A stretch of 64,000 bases of DNA from an uncultured Armatimonadia bacterium (lineage in GTDB: Bacteria; Armatimonadota; Zipacnadia; CAVVLO01). Shown here piece by piece: positions 41,305 to 57,961 of the stretch. Below the pieces are notes generated by a model. It was not told the origin of the DNA, made no database searches, and saw only the letters and a list, made by a program, of their open reading frames with translations. The stretch lies in NCBI GenBank assembly GCA_963749155.1, contig CAVVLO010000001.1:288001-352000 (forward strand), read 5' to 3'. Each line of letters starts with the position of its first letter. The stretch's first letter is position 1. The translations under genes were made by a program, and so were the position numbers.

Positions 41305-42734
41305 TCCGGCAGCTCCAGCACCTGACAGACGCCCGGCGCGCTCGGCACCGTCAGAGGCTTGCCGTCTACGGCGAGTGTCACTGGCTCGCTGGTCTCGTCG
41401 AAATCAGATCGTCTCACCAGCACCTGGTCGCCAAGCCTGAGGCCTGAAACGACAGGGCCTTGCCAGGTCGGCACCTCGAAGCTGACTGGCGTCCCTTTTG
41501 CGAGAAAATCGCGATATTCGAGGCTGGCCGCCCAGACCTCGTGCAGCAGCCGGACCTCTTCGGGCGCCTCGTCACTCGGGCACCACAGGAATAGCCCGTC
41601 CATCCCGCGCAGCAAGAGATGCCAAAGCAATTCCTGATAGGCCTCGGGGCTCATCTGGACGACGTGTTCGGCAGGCTCGGGCGGGGGAGAAGTCGTATGC
41701 CAGTGCACGAAACTGATGAGCGGCAGGTCGGCCGGCGCGCTCCTGGTCGCGTTGGTGCCTACCATAAGCAGATTGTAGAACCAGCGGTAGTCGGGATTCT
41801 CGAATCCGTACCAGTCGAAGATCCGATACCAGGTGTAGACGACCGGCATCCCGTAGGTGAAGCCTGTCTCGGGAAATTCCTGATACCACTCGCGATAGCG
41901 GGCTTTCTGGTCGGTGCGATAAGGGACGTTGTCAGGTGCAAAATCCTCGAAGTAGTCGTACCAATAGCGCCAACCATCGTTCGGGTAGACGGCGTAGTTG
42001 CCGACCAGCGCATCGGGGAAACGACTCGTTAGCGGTTCGGTGTAGGCCTCTCTCTGGAGCCTCGACCGGATTGACCTGAGCGTCCGCTGGAACTCCCGGA
42101 AGTCTTCGATAGGCTTAAGGTTGGCCTGGCAGCGCGCACAATGCTTGCTGGCTTCCCAGGCGCCGTTCCACTCGAGGGGGCCGTCTATCTCCCAGTCCGC
42201 GAACACGAAGTCCGGCGCGATGCCAGCGTCCTCGTAGGCCTTGGCGAAGTATTCCACCTGCGCCTTCATCGCCGGGATGCGCCCCTCCAGCGCGAAGGGG
42301 CAGCCCTGCTGCTGACCTGCGCAGGAGGTGTCCCAGAAAGGCTTGCCCTCGGCGTCCACGTGGGCCAAGGCTTCATCTCCATTGAAGAAGCGATAGGTCA
42401 CACTGTTGGCGTCCACGCAGATCGGCAGCCCGAGTTTACGTTGCAGCTTCGCGAGGCGCAGTGCCTTATCGAGGCTGCCTGCTGGGTCACCTTGTTGCCA
42501 GGAGGCAATTGCCGCGATGCCATGTTCGTTCAGGGCCAGCAAGGTCGCCTCGGCGTCAGGCTCGTCCGGTGAGACACAGTCAATCGCCGGCCAGAGCAGC
42601 AACGGCAGTCGGTCCCCACGTTCCCACTTCAAGGGCTGGGTGTTATCGAGTAGCAACTTTGCGCGTTCAGTCATCGCGTTCCCACTCCCCGTAATCAGCG
42701 CCAGCAGGACTAAAAGCGCCAGCAGTCTGGTCAT
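41301..42734 (-). CDS. Secreted hypothetical protein, possibly a TIM-barrel glycosidase
   Basis: Signal peptide from ATG 42734, 4 nt after the upstream stop; aromatic-rich, ADWEIDGP. No recognised family. Confidence 0.65.
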   Translation of the reverse strand: MTRLLALLVLLALITGSGNAMTERAKLLLDNTQPLKWERGDRLPLLLWPAIDCVSPDEPDAEATLLALNEHGIAAIASWQQGDPAGSLDKALRLAKLQRKLGLPICVDANSVTYRFFNGDEALAHVDAEGKPFWDTSCAGQQQGCPFALEGRIPAMKAQVEYFAKAYEDAGIAPDFVFADWEIDGPLEWNGAWEASKHCARCQANLKPIEDFREFQRTLRSIRSRLQREAYTEPLTSRFPDALVGNYAVYPNDGWRYWYDYFEDFAPDNVPYRTDQKARYREWYQEFPETGFTYGMPVVYTWYRIFDWYGFENPDYRWFYNLLMVGTNATRSAPADLPLISFVHWHTTSPPPEPAEHVVQMSPEAYQELLWHLLLRGMDGLFLWCPSDEAPEEVRLLHEVWAASLEYRDFLAKGTPVSFEVPTWQGPVVSGLRLGDQVLVRRSDFDETSEPVTLAVDGKPLTVPSAPGVCQVLELPD

Positions 42735-42738
42735 CCTG

Positions 42739-45153
42739 TTAGCCCTCCAACCGCAGCAGCGCATTGATGATCCGCTCTCGCACAGTGTCCAGATTATCGC
42801 CTGCAAAGGGACGCCCGTCGTTGCTGGCTAGCCACTGTCTGAGTTCAGCAACGAGTTCTGGCTTGTCGGTTGTATTGTCCAGCGCTTCGAGCAGTGTCGC
42901 GAGATACCTGAGGTCGGTGCTGCCTTCTCGATAACCTTCCCACTGCACGGTCGGGATGGGCGCGCCAACACCCGGATAGGTCATCATCGCGTGGCGGTAT
43001 TCACTGGAAACGAAGTCGTCCCAGCAGTTGCCCATCGCTCCCCGGTAGGCCCAGGTGCAACCGCCATCCACACCGACTTCCCAGAGTTGCAGTCCATAGT
43101 TGTTGCGCCAGACCCAGGGATCCTCCGGCCCACCGAAGGGCGCGGCGTAGCGCATTATTTTGTGTCCTGCGCCGTGGACCGCCTCAATTGCTTCGGGCGT
43201 GGGATAGCCCTGGATGTTCGGCAGGTCCAGCTCCGTGAGGCAGATGCCTGCGAAGTCGCCAAGTGCTGCCACCCAGTTGCGCCCGCCCAGCTCCTGGACC
43301 ACCCTGAAGGCCGGCACTTCGGCTCTCAGCGCTTCTCCAGAGGCCTCGTCTATACCATAGAGATAAGCCCCCTCGTAGCCAAACTCCTCGGCCAGGGCAT
43401 TAACCGCGTCGATGGTCGCCTTGAGTTTGGCGCGCTTCTCTTCCTCAGGGGCTGAATCCCCCAGATAGCTGCCTGCCGCATACCCGCCAAGGGTCAGCAG
43501 TGGGCCGCGGTTCAGCCCCGCTGCCTTGCGCAGGGCGAGCTCGGTGCGGGCGGCTTCCATATCTACTTCGTTGCCCTTCGTTGGCAGGCTGTAGGTGGGA
43601 TCGGTCAGCCCGTGAGCTGCAAGGTCGGCCAGCAGCGCCTCGTAGTCCTCGCCCTCGTAGGAGGGTCTGCTGAAGTACATCGAGGCTATAATTGGGTTCT
43701 CTGCAAGCTGGAAGGGCAGCACTTCGATGGTCAGCGGCACCGATAGCGTCCTGTGGCCTCGCGCAGTGAATTCTACCGTGCCGTAATAAGTGCCGGGCTT
43801 CGCCTTTTCTCCGCACTTGACAGTGAACCAGAGCTGCTTTGTCCACAGGGCCGGCAGTGCGAAGGGCACAAGCTCCGGGGCGTCGCGCAGAGCCGCGTTG
43901 GGCTCGACTGCGAGCAGGTTGCGCCCGCGGATCAGATCAACGCGCACGGCAGTGTCATCGTGAAGCAACAACTCGGGCACGAGCCGCTTGCCGCTCGGCA
44001 CAAGGTCCTCTCGCCCCGCCTGATACCAGCAGGCGACCACGCGGATGTCGATAGAGGCATCGAGGGTCCACCCCTCAGCCGAGTGCAGCCCTGATACCCG
44101 GACCCGCACCCGGTCGACGTCCTCACGCGAAAGCACCGCCACCGTGAAAGGCGCCACCTGGCTGCGCGCCATCCGCAGCCGGAGAGGGGCGTTTACCTCT
44201 GCTGCCCTGGGGAGGGTGGTCGGCACTAGATAATCGTTACGCTCGATTGCCGGACGTGTGAAGGCCACCCAGTCGGGATTGGTCTCGTAGTATTGAGCCT
44301 GGAGGAAGGCAAGCTGCGCAGCCTTGGCGGCGGCCAGCTCGCTCACGCGCAGCAGCAGTTCCTGCTGGGCCCGCAATTCTCTGATGCGCTCTCCCAGTGC
44401 CTCGTCACTCTCGGGAAGGGCTTGCTCAGCGGTAGCCTGCCTGAGCGCACGCGAGGCATCGCCTCCCACTTCGGCAAGCTCCGTGATGGCAGGATTCACC
44501 GGCAGCGCGGCCTTGAGAATCGCCAGGTCTTTTTCGAATTGCTCCCCAACGACCAGTGCTTGTCCCGCTCCTTCGAGGGTCTTGCCCCACTTCAGCTTGC
44601 GCCTGGCCTGTTGGGCTTCAGCTTCGGTGGCGAACTCCCGGTCTGCAAGCCCCTTGACGCGCACCAACACTCGCCGCACGGGCGGTTTATGCTCTGGAAA
44701 AGCTACTCGCAGGTCCGCGCCGTGATTCTCGCTATTCGAGAACCAGGCTCCAGCCAGTTCAAACACGGCCTCATCCCACTGGCCTGTGCCCTTCATCTGC
44801 ACCGTGTTGGCCGAACGGAAGGCATGTTGATAGCCGTCCACCAGCGCATCGTAGTTGATGACGATCTCACCTGGCTTCTCGTCAAGATACTCGACCACCA
44901 GCTCGCAGTCCAGGTCGGCCTTGAAGAGGAAACTATCCTCCACGTTGTAGTAGAGGAACAGCAGCGTCGGCCGCACCGCTGGCTGGCCATCGGCCTCGGT
45001 CGTTTCGTAAAGGCCGTCCTGCACTTCGACCATCGAAAGGCGGTTGCCTGTCTCGCCGGCTTGCCATTCCACCTGCCAGCGGAAGCCCTGCGCCCCCGCC
45101 GAACACGTGATCACCAATATCAGGGCAAGCCCAATCCAGCCTGTCGTACCCAT
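42739..45153 (-). CDS. Secreted multidomain protein with CBM-like N-terminus and GH123/DUF4091-like C-terminus
   Basis: Signal peptide; LWFTVK..AKPGTYYGTV..VPLTIEVLPFQL; YLYGIDEA; PTVQWEGYREGSTDLRY. Confidence 0.65.
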   Translation of the reverse strand: MGTTGWIGLALILVITCSAGAQGFRWQVEWQAGETGNRLSMVEVQDGLYETTEADGQPAVRPTLLFLYYNVEDSFLFKADLDCELVVEYLDEKPGEIVINYDALVDGYQHAFRSANTVQMKGTGQWDEAVFELAGAWFSNSENHGADLRVAFPEHKPPVRRVLVRVKGLADREFATEAEAQQARRKLKWGKTLEGAGQALVVGEQFEKDLAILKAALPVNPAITELAEVGGDASRALRQATAEQALPESDEALGERIRELRAQQELLLRVSELAAAKAAQLAFLQAQYYETNPDWVAFTRPAIERNDYLVPTTLPRAAEVNAPLRLRMARSQVAPFTVAVLSREDVDRVRVRVSGLHSAEGWTLDASIDIRVVACWYQAGREDLVPSGKRLVPELLLHDDTAVRVDLIRGRNLLAVEPNAALRDAPELVPFALPALWTKQLWFTVKCGEKAKPGTYYGTVEFTARGHRTLSVPLTIEVLPFQLAENPIIASMYFSRPSYEGEDYEALLADLAAHGLTDPTYSLPTKGNEVDMEAARTELALRKAAGLNRGPLLTLGGYAAGSYLGDSAPEEEKRAKLKATIDAVNALAEEFGYEGAYLYGIDEASGEALRAEVPAFRVVQELGGRNWVAALGDFAGICLTELDLPNIQGYPTPEAIEAVHGAGHKIMRYAAPFGGPEDPWVWRNNYGLQLWEVGVDGGCTWAYRGAMGNCWDDFVSSEYRHAMMTYPGVGAPIPTVQWEGYREGSTDLRYLATLLEALDNTTDKPELVAELRQWLASNDGRPFAGDNLDTVRERIINALLRLEG

Positions 45154-45156
45154 CTT

Positions 45157-47830
45157 CTACTCCTCCGCAAGCTCCAGGTTGTCTAGGTAGCAGCTTCCGG
45201 CTACTTCACCGGGAGCAGTGAAGCCAAGCCAGGTAAGGCGCTCAAAGGCTGGATCTCCATACGGGAAACTACCATGGAACTCTTGACCGTCCGCAAGTCG
45301 GGCGGTCACTTCGAAACTTGCGCCTTTGTCAGGCCCCACAGCGAAGACGACAGTAAGGTGAACCCACTTGCCCAGCGGCAGTTGCCCGAGAGTCTGACCG
45401 CTGGCTTTGAGCGCGCCATCGGCTTCGATATCAAGTCTGACGCCAGTGCGGTAGGCGGTCTGGCTCCAGTCGCGCGCCTCGATGTTCAGCGCGCAGGCGC
45501 CCTCTGCTGGCAGCAACAAGTCGAAGGCCAGCCGCACCTTGCCACTGTAAACTGCTGGCTCGTAGTACCAGTGAGGCGCGAAACCAGGCTCGACCGGCCC
45601 ATCGGTCACCTTCAGCGATTGGGTCCCACTGAACCGCTGTTCGTTAGTCACTGCCAGCCCAGTACCCTCAGGCACCGCAAACAGCGCGCGCATCGGTGTC
45701 CGGCCAAGACTCACGCGCTCGAAATCCTCGAGGAAGAACTCCGGCTGACGCGGAGGCGCCGGCGGGGCGTCGGCCCGGGGCGGGTACTTGCCGGGAAGAG
45801 AAGTCCATTCCACTGGCCCATAGAGTCCAGCGGTCTCAAAGGCCTGCGAGGCCAGCTTAAGCCGCGCGCCGCCCAGGGCAAGCAGCCGGCGAACGGCCTC
45901 TTCAGAGTCACCAGGCAGCGCCTCGGGCAGCACCTTCCCGTCCCCATCGCGCCCCTGCCCCTGCCAGTCGGAAAAGGGCTTGCCATCGAAGAGGGGCGTC
46001 ACATCCTGCGGTACCACCCAGAGGTTATCCGAGGCGTCCAGCTTCGACCAGGCGTTCTCAACGAAGGCGAACTGGGAGGTCGGCGCCAGCACATTGCCCG
46101 CCAGGTCGAACATCGAGGCGAAATCCTGCGCATGGTTGATCCATACTGCCACCGGCGAGAGGCCAAAGAGATTACCGCGAAGCTCGTTGGTGTGGCCATA
46201 GTTGATGAAATAGGCTGCTCCGCTCACGTTGTAGACGACATTGCCCTCGACCAGATAGCCGACCGCGCCTTCATCGTTGTAGATACCCGACCCCTCGGTC
46301 GGCGCATCGCCAAGGCCCTTGGCCAGGTGACCGTTGTAGTATTTGGGATAGGCCAGCACATCGTGGACCACGTTGCCGCGCAGCACGCTGCCAGGCGATT
46401 CGCCCAGCGTGTAGATGGCGCCCATATCCGAAAGCATGCCGTGGCCGATGTGGTGGACGCGATTGAACTCGATCACATTGTCATGAGCGGTGGTTGGCTG
46501 ATAGCCCCACTGCCAGCCCACGCTGATACCGATATGCAGGAAGTCGCTGACCTCCGAGTGGCGTATCGTGTTGTAAGAACTGCGGCCGATTAGTATCCCC
46601 GGCCCGCCCGCGAAGAGCAGCGCTCCATCGTGAACATAGCAGTTTTCAACAGTGATGCGCTCCACTGCCTGAGCCTCGTCCGGAGCCGTTTCCGGCTCGC
46701 CGATACGCAATCCACCAGCGCCGAGATCATGGATATGGCATCGCTCCAGCCGGCAGTCCTGGCTGCCGCGCCTGAGCCACAATCCGTGCTCACCAATATG
46801 AGCAATCTCGCAGTCGAGGAAGGCGCACTCTCTGGCGCCCGTCACCATCACAGCTGCCCGTTGAGCGACCGCGGCCTGGGAGACCCCCTTGCCCTCGCGC
46901 GGCAGCTCGGCGTCCGCATAGGCAAAGGTCAGTCCCTCGAAGCGCAGGTCCTCGACAAACCGGCCCTCCTCTGGCTTGCCTTCCACCACCAGGAGGGTCG
47001 GCGCCAGCCTGGGCACAACCACTTCGGCCTTCGTCATATCTTCTCCAGCCAGTGGCCAGTAGTAGAGCCACCCTTCGCGCGCGTCCAGCCACCACTCGCC
47101 TGCGCGGGTCAGCCCCTCGCGCACGCCTTCAATCCAGTAGCGCCGATGGGCCTCCCAGGGGGGATAATGCCCGCCCCAGGGGATGTCCGGGGTGCTCAGC
47201 TCGACATACTTTGCTGCCATATCGAGGCTGTCAACCCAGTGATAGCTGCTCTCCCACAGGTGCAGCATAAACAGCAACCCGTCCTCGGTGAGGTGGGAGA
47301 GACCCTCCAGGTCGGTTTCCTGGTAGTAGAAACCCTTCTCGCGCAGTTGCCGCACTCGGAAGTAGCCTTCGTCGGGCAGCCGGGCGCACTGACGGCGCGC
47401 TCCATCTACCCAGAGCTGATGAAAACGCTTGCCGGACTCGACCTTTGCGCGCATTACACCCTCGGGGAAGCCTTTGCCTGCTGGCTCCCAGCCTGTCACG
47501 AAGCTGCCACCCGAGAGCACGGCGCGCTCACCGGGGCGGCTTCGCCAGGTCGCGCCCGAGTCGCGCTCGTCCATCACAAGCGGCTCTGCCAGCTCGTAAT
47601 TACCCCCTGCCAGTTCGATGGTGACAGTCTCGCCTGCCGCAAGAAGAGTCCGGGCGGCGTCTCTTGCGCCTTGCGGGAGTGGCAAGTGGCCCATCGGTCA
47701 ACCCGGCCGTCCTGAACCGCAGTCTGCCGGACCAGTCATCGTTGCCGCCGGGGCTAACGTAAAGTGTGACTTCAGCCGCCATTACCGAGCCTCCAAGAAG
47801 CAAAAGGATTACCAGGAGTAGACTTCTCAT
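45157..47830 (-). CDS. Secreted parallel beta-helix protein (GH141-like) with C-terminal beta-sandwich; frameshift near 47700
   Basis: Signal and YVSPGGNDDWSG in ORF 47600-47830; GGNYEL, ARLPD, GEWWLD, GISVGWQWGY, LSDMGAIYTLG and GIYNDEG in 45157-47694. Confidence 0.85.
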
Positions 47831-49257
47831 CCGCCAAGCTCCCTGCGCGCCGCAGTCAATACTTCCTCAAGGGCTTGCTCTGTATCATCGGCAAGCGGCG
47901 GGACATCGCTCGTGGCCAGCAACTCGGCTTTGCGGTGCCGGCAGCGCTCCTCAAGCGACAGCGCCCCCTGCTCGAGCCAGCCCTGATAATACTGGCGGTC
48001 CAGCAGCCGCGGGAACCACAACTCACTTCGGAACCTGTCCGCTGTGAAATCGCGGTCGAGATAACCGCCGCCGGGTCCTGCGACCTCGATCTCGGCCAGT
48101 CCCAGCGCTTCATCGGAAAGGTCTACCTCCCGCAGGACACTCTCGACATAGTCCACGACCTCGTGTTGCAGCACCAGCATATCGAGGCTGGTCGCCTGAT
48201 CCACCCCTGCGATGCCCAGGTGTCCGAAGATGTCCGCCCCTGCCGCCGCACCTGGCAGCAAGGTCGCCGCAGTCTCCAGCCCCGCCTGGGCGTCAGGTCG
48301 TTTGGAATCCGTCAGCCCGACATTTATGTAGACGGGCAGCCCCAGCCACTTGCCAAGCTCTGTCATCGCCACGCCCAGCAACGCTTGCTCGGGTCCGGCG
48401 AAGACAAGCTGCGTGGTGCGCATATCGAAGGCATGGGGGATGCCCCCGTACATCACCGGAAGCCCTGGGCGGATGAGCTGCGTGATCGCGATGCCGGCGA
48501 GTATCTCGGCGTGCTCCTGCACAATCGTCCCGGCGAGGCTCATCGGTGCCGAGAGGCCCATCTGAGCCATCGGCCCAACTGGCACCGGCAGGTTCAGTTC
48601 GGCTGTCTCGAACAGCAGATCTACCCCGTCGAAGGGAAACCGGAGCGGCGAGATAGGTTCAAGGAAGGGGTAGCAGAGGGGATAGTCCTCGGCCAGGCTC
48701 CGGCTGCCGCGCAAAGCGACCATCAACTCAATCAGGAATCGCGTCGAGGCCCGGTCGTGGAACCAGAAATGCACAGGCCTGGTCGTGTGACGGAGGAGCG
48801 AAGCGAACACCTCAACCGGCCGCAGGCGAACCGGCACATCGCTCGGGTCGGTCATCGCGCCGACCACACTGATGCGCTCCAGCCCCTCGGCAAAGCGCGC
48901 AGCGGTGGCGACATCGGCCAGCCGAGCCGGCCGGCGCGCTCCCCCTGGCTCATCAACCCAGAAGGCCTCGCCCGCGATGCTGTTGTAGTTGCGCTGCCCC
49001 TGCCCAAACCGCGCCGTCCTTTTCAGGTCGCGCCCGTAGAGGGTGAACTCGGCGCCCGCCTTCCAGACAAGATGCATCACCAGTTCGGGCTCGGCGCGGA
49101 CGCGCTGACTCTGGAAGTCTACTTCGGCGCCCTCATCGGCGAACCGGGCCAGCACCTCCGGATGGGGTACCTGCAACCCGACGCGTTCCAGCACGGCAAG
49201 CGCGGCCTCGTGCAGCCGTATGAGTTGCCCCTCGTCCAGGAGGCTCGCTTTCAGCAC
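47827..49257 (-). CDS. Trimethylamine methyltransferase (MttB superfamily), non-pyrrolysine type
   Basis: LHEAALAVLERVG, PISPLRF, GLSAPMSLAGTIVQEHAEILAG, QLIRPG.PVMYG, FDMRT, GPE, TDSKRPDAQAGLE, GPGGGYL; no internal amber codon. Confidence 0.93.
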   Translation of the reverse strand: MLKASLLDEGQLIRLHEAALAVLERVGLQVPHPEVLARFADEGAEVDFQSQRVRAEPELVMHLVWKAGAEFTLYGRDLKRTARFGQGQRNYNSIAGEAFWVDEPGGARRPARLADVATAARFAEGLERISVVGAMTDPSDVPVRLRPVEVFASLLRHTTRPVHFWFHDRASTRFLIELMVALRGSRSLAEDYPLCYPFLEPISPLRFPFDGVDLLFETAELNLPVPVGPMAQMGLSAPMSLAGTIVQEHAEILAGIAITQLIRPGLPVMYGGIPHAFDMRTTQLVFAGPEQALLGVAMTELGKWLGLPVYINVGLTDSKRPDAQAGLETAATLLPGAAAGADIFGHLGIAGVDQATSLDMLVLQHEVVDYVESVLREVDLSDEALGLAEIEVAGPGGGYLDRDFTADRFRSELWFPRLLDRQYYQGWLEQGALSLEERCRHRKAELLATSDVPPLADDTEQALEEVLTAARRELGG

Positions 49258-51768
49258 TAGCTGCCCTCCTTCACCCTCAGCACCGTGATGGACCGGGCGG
49301 GGAAGGTCCAGTTGAAATCCTTTCCAAGGCCTTCGGCAACGGATTTTACTGGGGATACCTTGAAGGGCGCCTCGAAGCTGTTCTCATCCGCGTACTCGCC
49401 CTGTGATGACCCAGGCCGTGCCGGTCGGTGCGATCGCTTTGGCGCCTTCGATGACAATCTGGGCGGGCTGGTCTAGCGAGGAAGCGTTCACGAATTTGAG
49501 GATCAGTTCGCCGGTTTTAGCGTCCCGCCCCACCGTTGCGCGCACGCCGGGCACGCCGCTCAGCGTGAAGTCGTGGATAAGCTCTCCCTCGAGAAGACAC
49601 CGCACCCTTTCGCCTTTGACCTCGATGCGTACATCGTACCAGCGATCCGTCTCGATTTGGCCAGGCACGCTGGGAGAGACTTCGGATTTCACATTGCCGA
49701 CCGTGAGCTCGACCGCGTGGCGCACATTGCCCCAACCGCCCAGGTTCCACCAGGCCGAGTTCCAGCCGTCCGCAACACGGAACATAACGATAAAACCTTC
49801 AGCTCCCTCCAGCTTGCGCGCCTTGAGAGAGAGCGTGTAGTCCTCCCAGTCGTTGTGCGGCAGCCAGATCCGCCCATCGAGGCCGAAACCAGTCTGGCGG
49901 AAGATGCCCTCCTCCACCTGCCAGTTGCCCCCGCCGATGCGCCACCCCTCGAGGTTGCTCTCAGGGCCGCTCTGATAAAGCACCTGACCGTCCGAGTCTG
50001 TTACGACGACGTCCTTATATTCCACCGAAGTGCCCCAGGAGGTGAATCCTATACCCCCCGCCGGTACCGGGCGCGACAACTCGGTATCGCACTTCAGTTC
50101 GAAGGGCACTGTCTCGGTCGGCAGGTTGCGCGCGAACAGCCACTGCGCCCAGTAGGAGGGCGTGCCGTACACCTGATGGCTGTTGAAACAGATGAGGTCG
50201 GGGTTCCACTTGCGGTTGTCCATATTCACGAACAGGGGCGCATAGGAGGCCATATCAACGATATCGCCGTTGTTCTCGAAGCCCGTCATAAAGCCCGCCT
50301 CGGACAGCGCCGCGATATGGTTGCCCAGGCCCGCGCCCGCCACCATCGCGTACTCGCCCACGTAAATCTTCGGGCCACTTCGATCATAGGTATTGTAGCG
50401 ATCGGCCTGCTGCATAAAGAACTGCGGGGTCGAGTAGAAATGCTCATCCACGATTTCCATCGGCGCCTCGGGAACCGGTACGTTGGCGATCAGCTCGAGG
50501 TCGGGATATTTGGCCTTCAGCGCGTTGAAGAAACGCTTGTAGCGCGTGTTGTAGGCCGGCCCGGAGTTCTCGTTGCCAATCTCCAGCAGCTTCAGGCCGA
50601 AGGGCGCAGGATGCCCGGCCGCCGCCCTGAGCGCGCCCCACTTGCTGTCCACAGGGCCGTTGGCATATTCCAGCGCGTCCAGTACGTCCTGGATGTAGGA
50701 GTCCAGTTCTTCCTCGGGCACCAGCTCGCTGCCGCGCGCCTGGCACATCATCCCGCAGTTGAAGACGAACATCGGCTCGGCGCCGAGGTCTTCGGCCAGT
50801 TGCAGATACTCGTGGAAGCCCAACCCGTTGGTCGCGCGATAGCCCCACAGGTTGTAGTTGCTGCCGCGCTCTTCGATTGGCCCGATGGTACGCTTCCAGT
50901 CGAAGGCAGTGCCCCGCGAGATGCCCTCTACGATGCACCCGCCGGGGAAACGCAGGAAGCCAGGCGCAAGGTCGGCCAGCATAGCCGCGAGGTCCGACCT
51001 GAGGCCGTTCTCTCGTGAATTATAGGTCGCCTGGGGGAAGAGTGAGACGACGTCCAGCCAGTAGGTGCCTGGCTCAGTGGCGGTAATCACCAGCCTGGCT
51101 TTCGGGTCGGTCGCGGTCGAGGCCAGCTGCAGGCCGAACTGGCGCCCTTCGGCGCCGATACTCGTGATACTTCCCGAGGCATAGCGTTCTCCATCCGCGC
51201 CTTCCAGGCTGACGTTTAGCGCGCCATGTCCAGCGGCGACTTTGACAAAGCACGAGAAGCCATAAGTGGCATTTTCGACCACCGAGAGGCCCCAGAAGCC
51301 CTCGTTCATTATGCCCACGCGGCCACCTTCGGTACGGGTGGCTTCGAGGCGCAAGGTAACAGGATTGGTCTCGTTCAGGCGCATATCATAATCGAGTGTC
51401 ACGCTGCCCTGGGCGGCCCCTTCCAGCACCGGCGTCCAGCCGGGGATGCCCTCCGGCTCGGGCCAGGCGTCCTCCCAGCCCGCGGGATTACGCAGTTTGC
51501 CATCCGCGACAGTGCAGCCCTCGGGCGGCAGGCTGTCTTCGAAGGAGCGGTTGCGCACCAGCTCTGCATAAAGACCCCCGTCGGCCGAATGGTTGATGTC
51601 TTCGAAGAAGAGCCCATATAACCGCTGGCTAATCGGCACGCCAGCCTTGTCTCGGTGGATTACGAGTCGCGCGATGTCCATCCCAGAAGCCTCCTCATCG
51701 GTTGGCAGCACCCAGCCAGGCCAGGCCAGGCATGCAATACAAACGCACAAAACCAGTAGAACCCTCAT
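49257..51768 (-). CDS. GH51 alpha-L-arabinofuranosidase with inserted 3-keto-disaccharide-hydrolase-like beta-sandwich; frameshift near 49400
   Basis: LYGLFFEDINHSADGGLYAELVRNRSFE, FLRFPGGC, EIGNEN, VDEHFY, YVGEYA, MASYAPLF; tail ENSFEAP...FPARSITVLR in the shifted frame. Confidence 0.93.
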
Positions 51769-51798
51769 CAGGCACCCCTCCTGTGAAAGGTATTCCTA

Positions 51799-51826
51799 GT
51801 TCGGCTCCCGAGGGCTTCCTCCCTGC
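51799..51826 (-). promoter_or_regulatory. SigmaH-like promoter candidate (GCAGGG-N16-CCGAAC)
   Basis: 30 nt upstream of the GH51 start, at the head of a five-gene operon. Confidence 0.55.
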
Positions 51827-51850
51827 GAGGAAACACCACCTCGAAGGCTG

Positions 51851-57814
<5,964 letters not shown>

Positions 57815-57961
57815 GCGTTAACGAGGGGGGCGGGCGCCGCTCGCCCCCTCTTCAATGGACTATGTAAAACCACTTTATCGCCAGGCAGGAGATTCTCTGC
57901 CGGAGAGCGAAATCCAATTTCAAACTCTCTTGCCCCGTAAATACTAAATGAGGTGACGTAA

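Noticed and set aside
47827..49257. Pyrrolysine recoding in MttB
   Set aside because: No in-frame TAG; the expected position encodes Leu, and no pyl genes are present.
45274..51018. Long plus-strand ORFs (439, 361, 461 and 481 aa)
   Set aside because: Antisense shadows of the beta-helix, MttB and GH51 genes, which carry the recognisable motifs.
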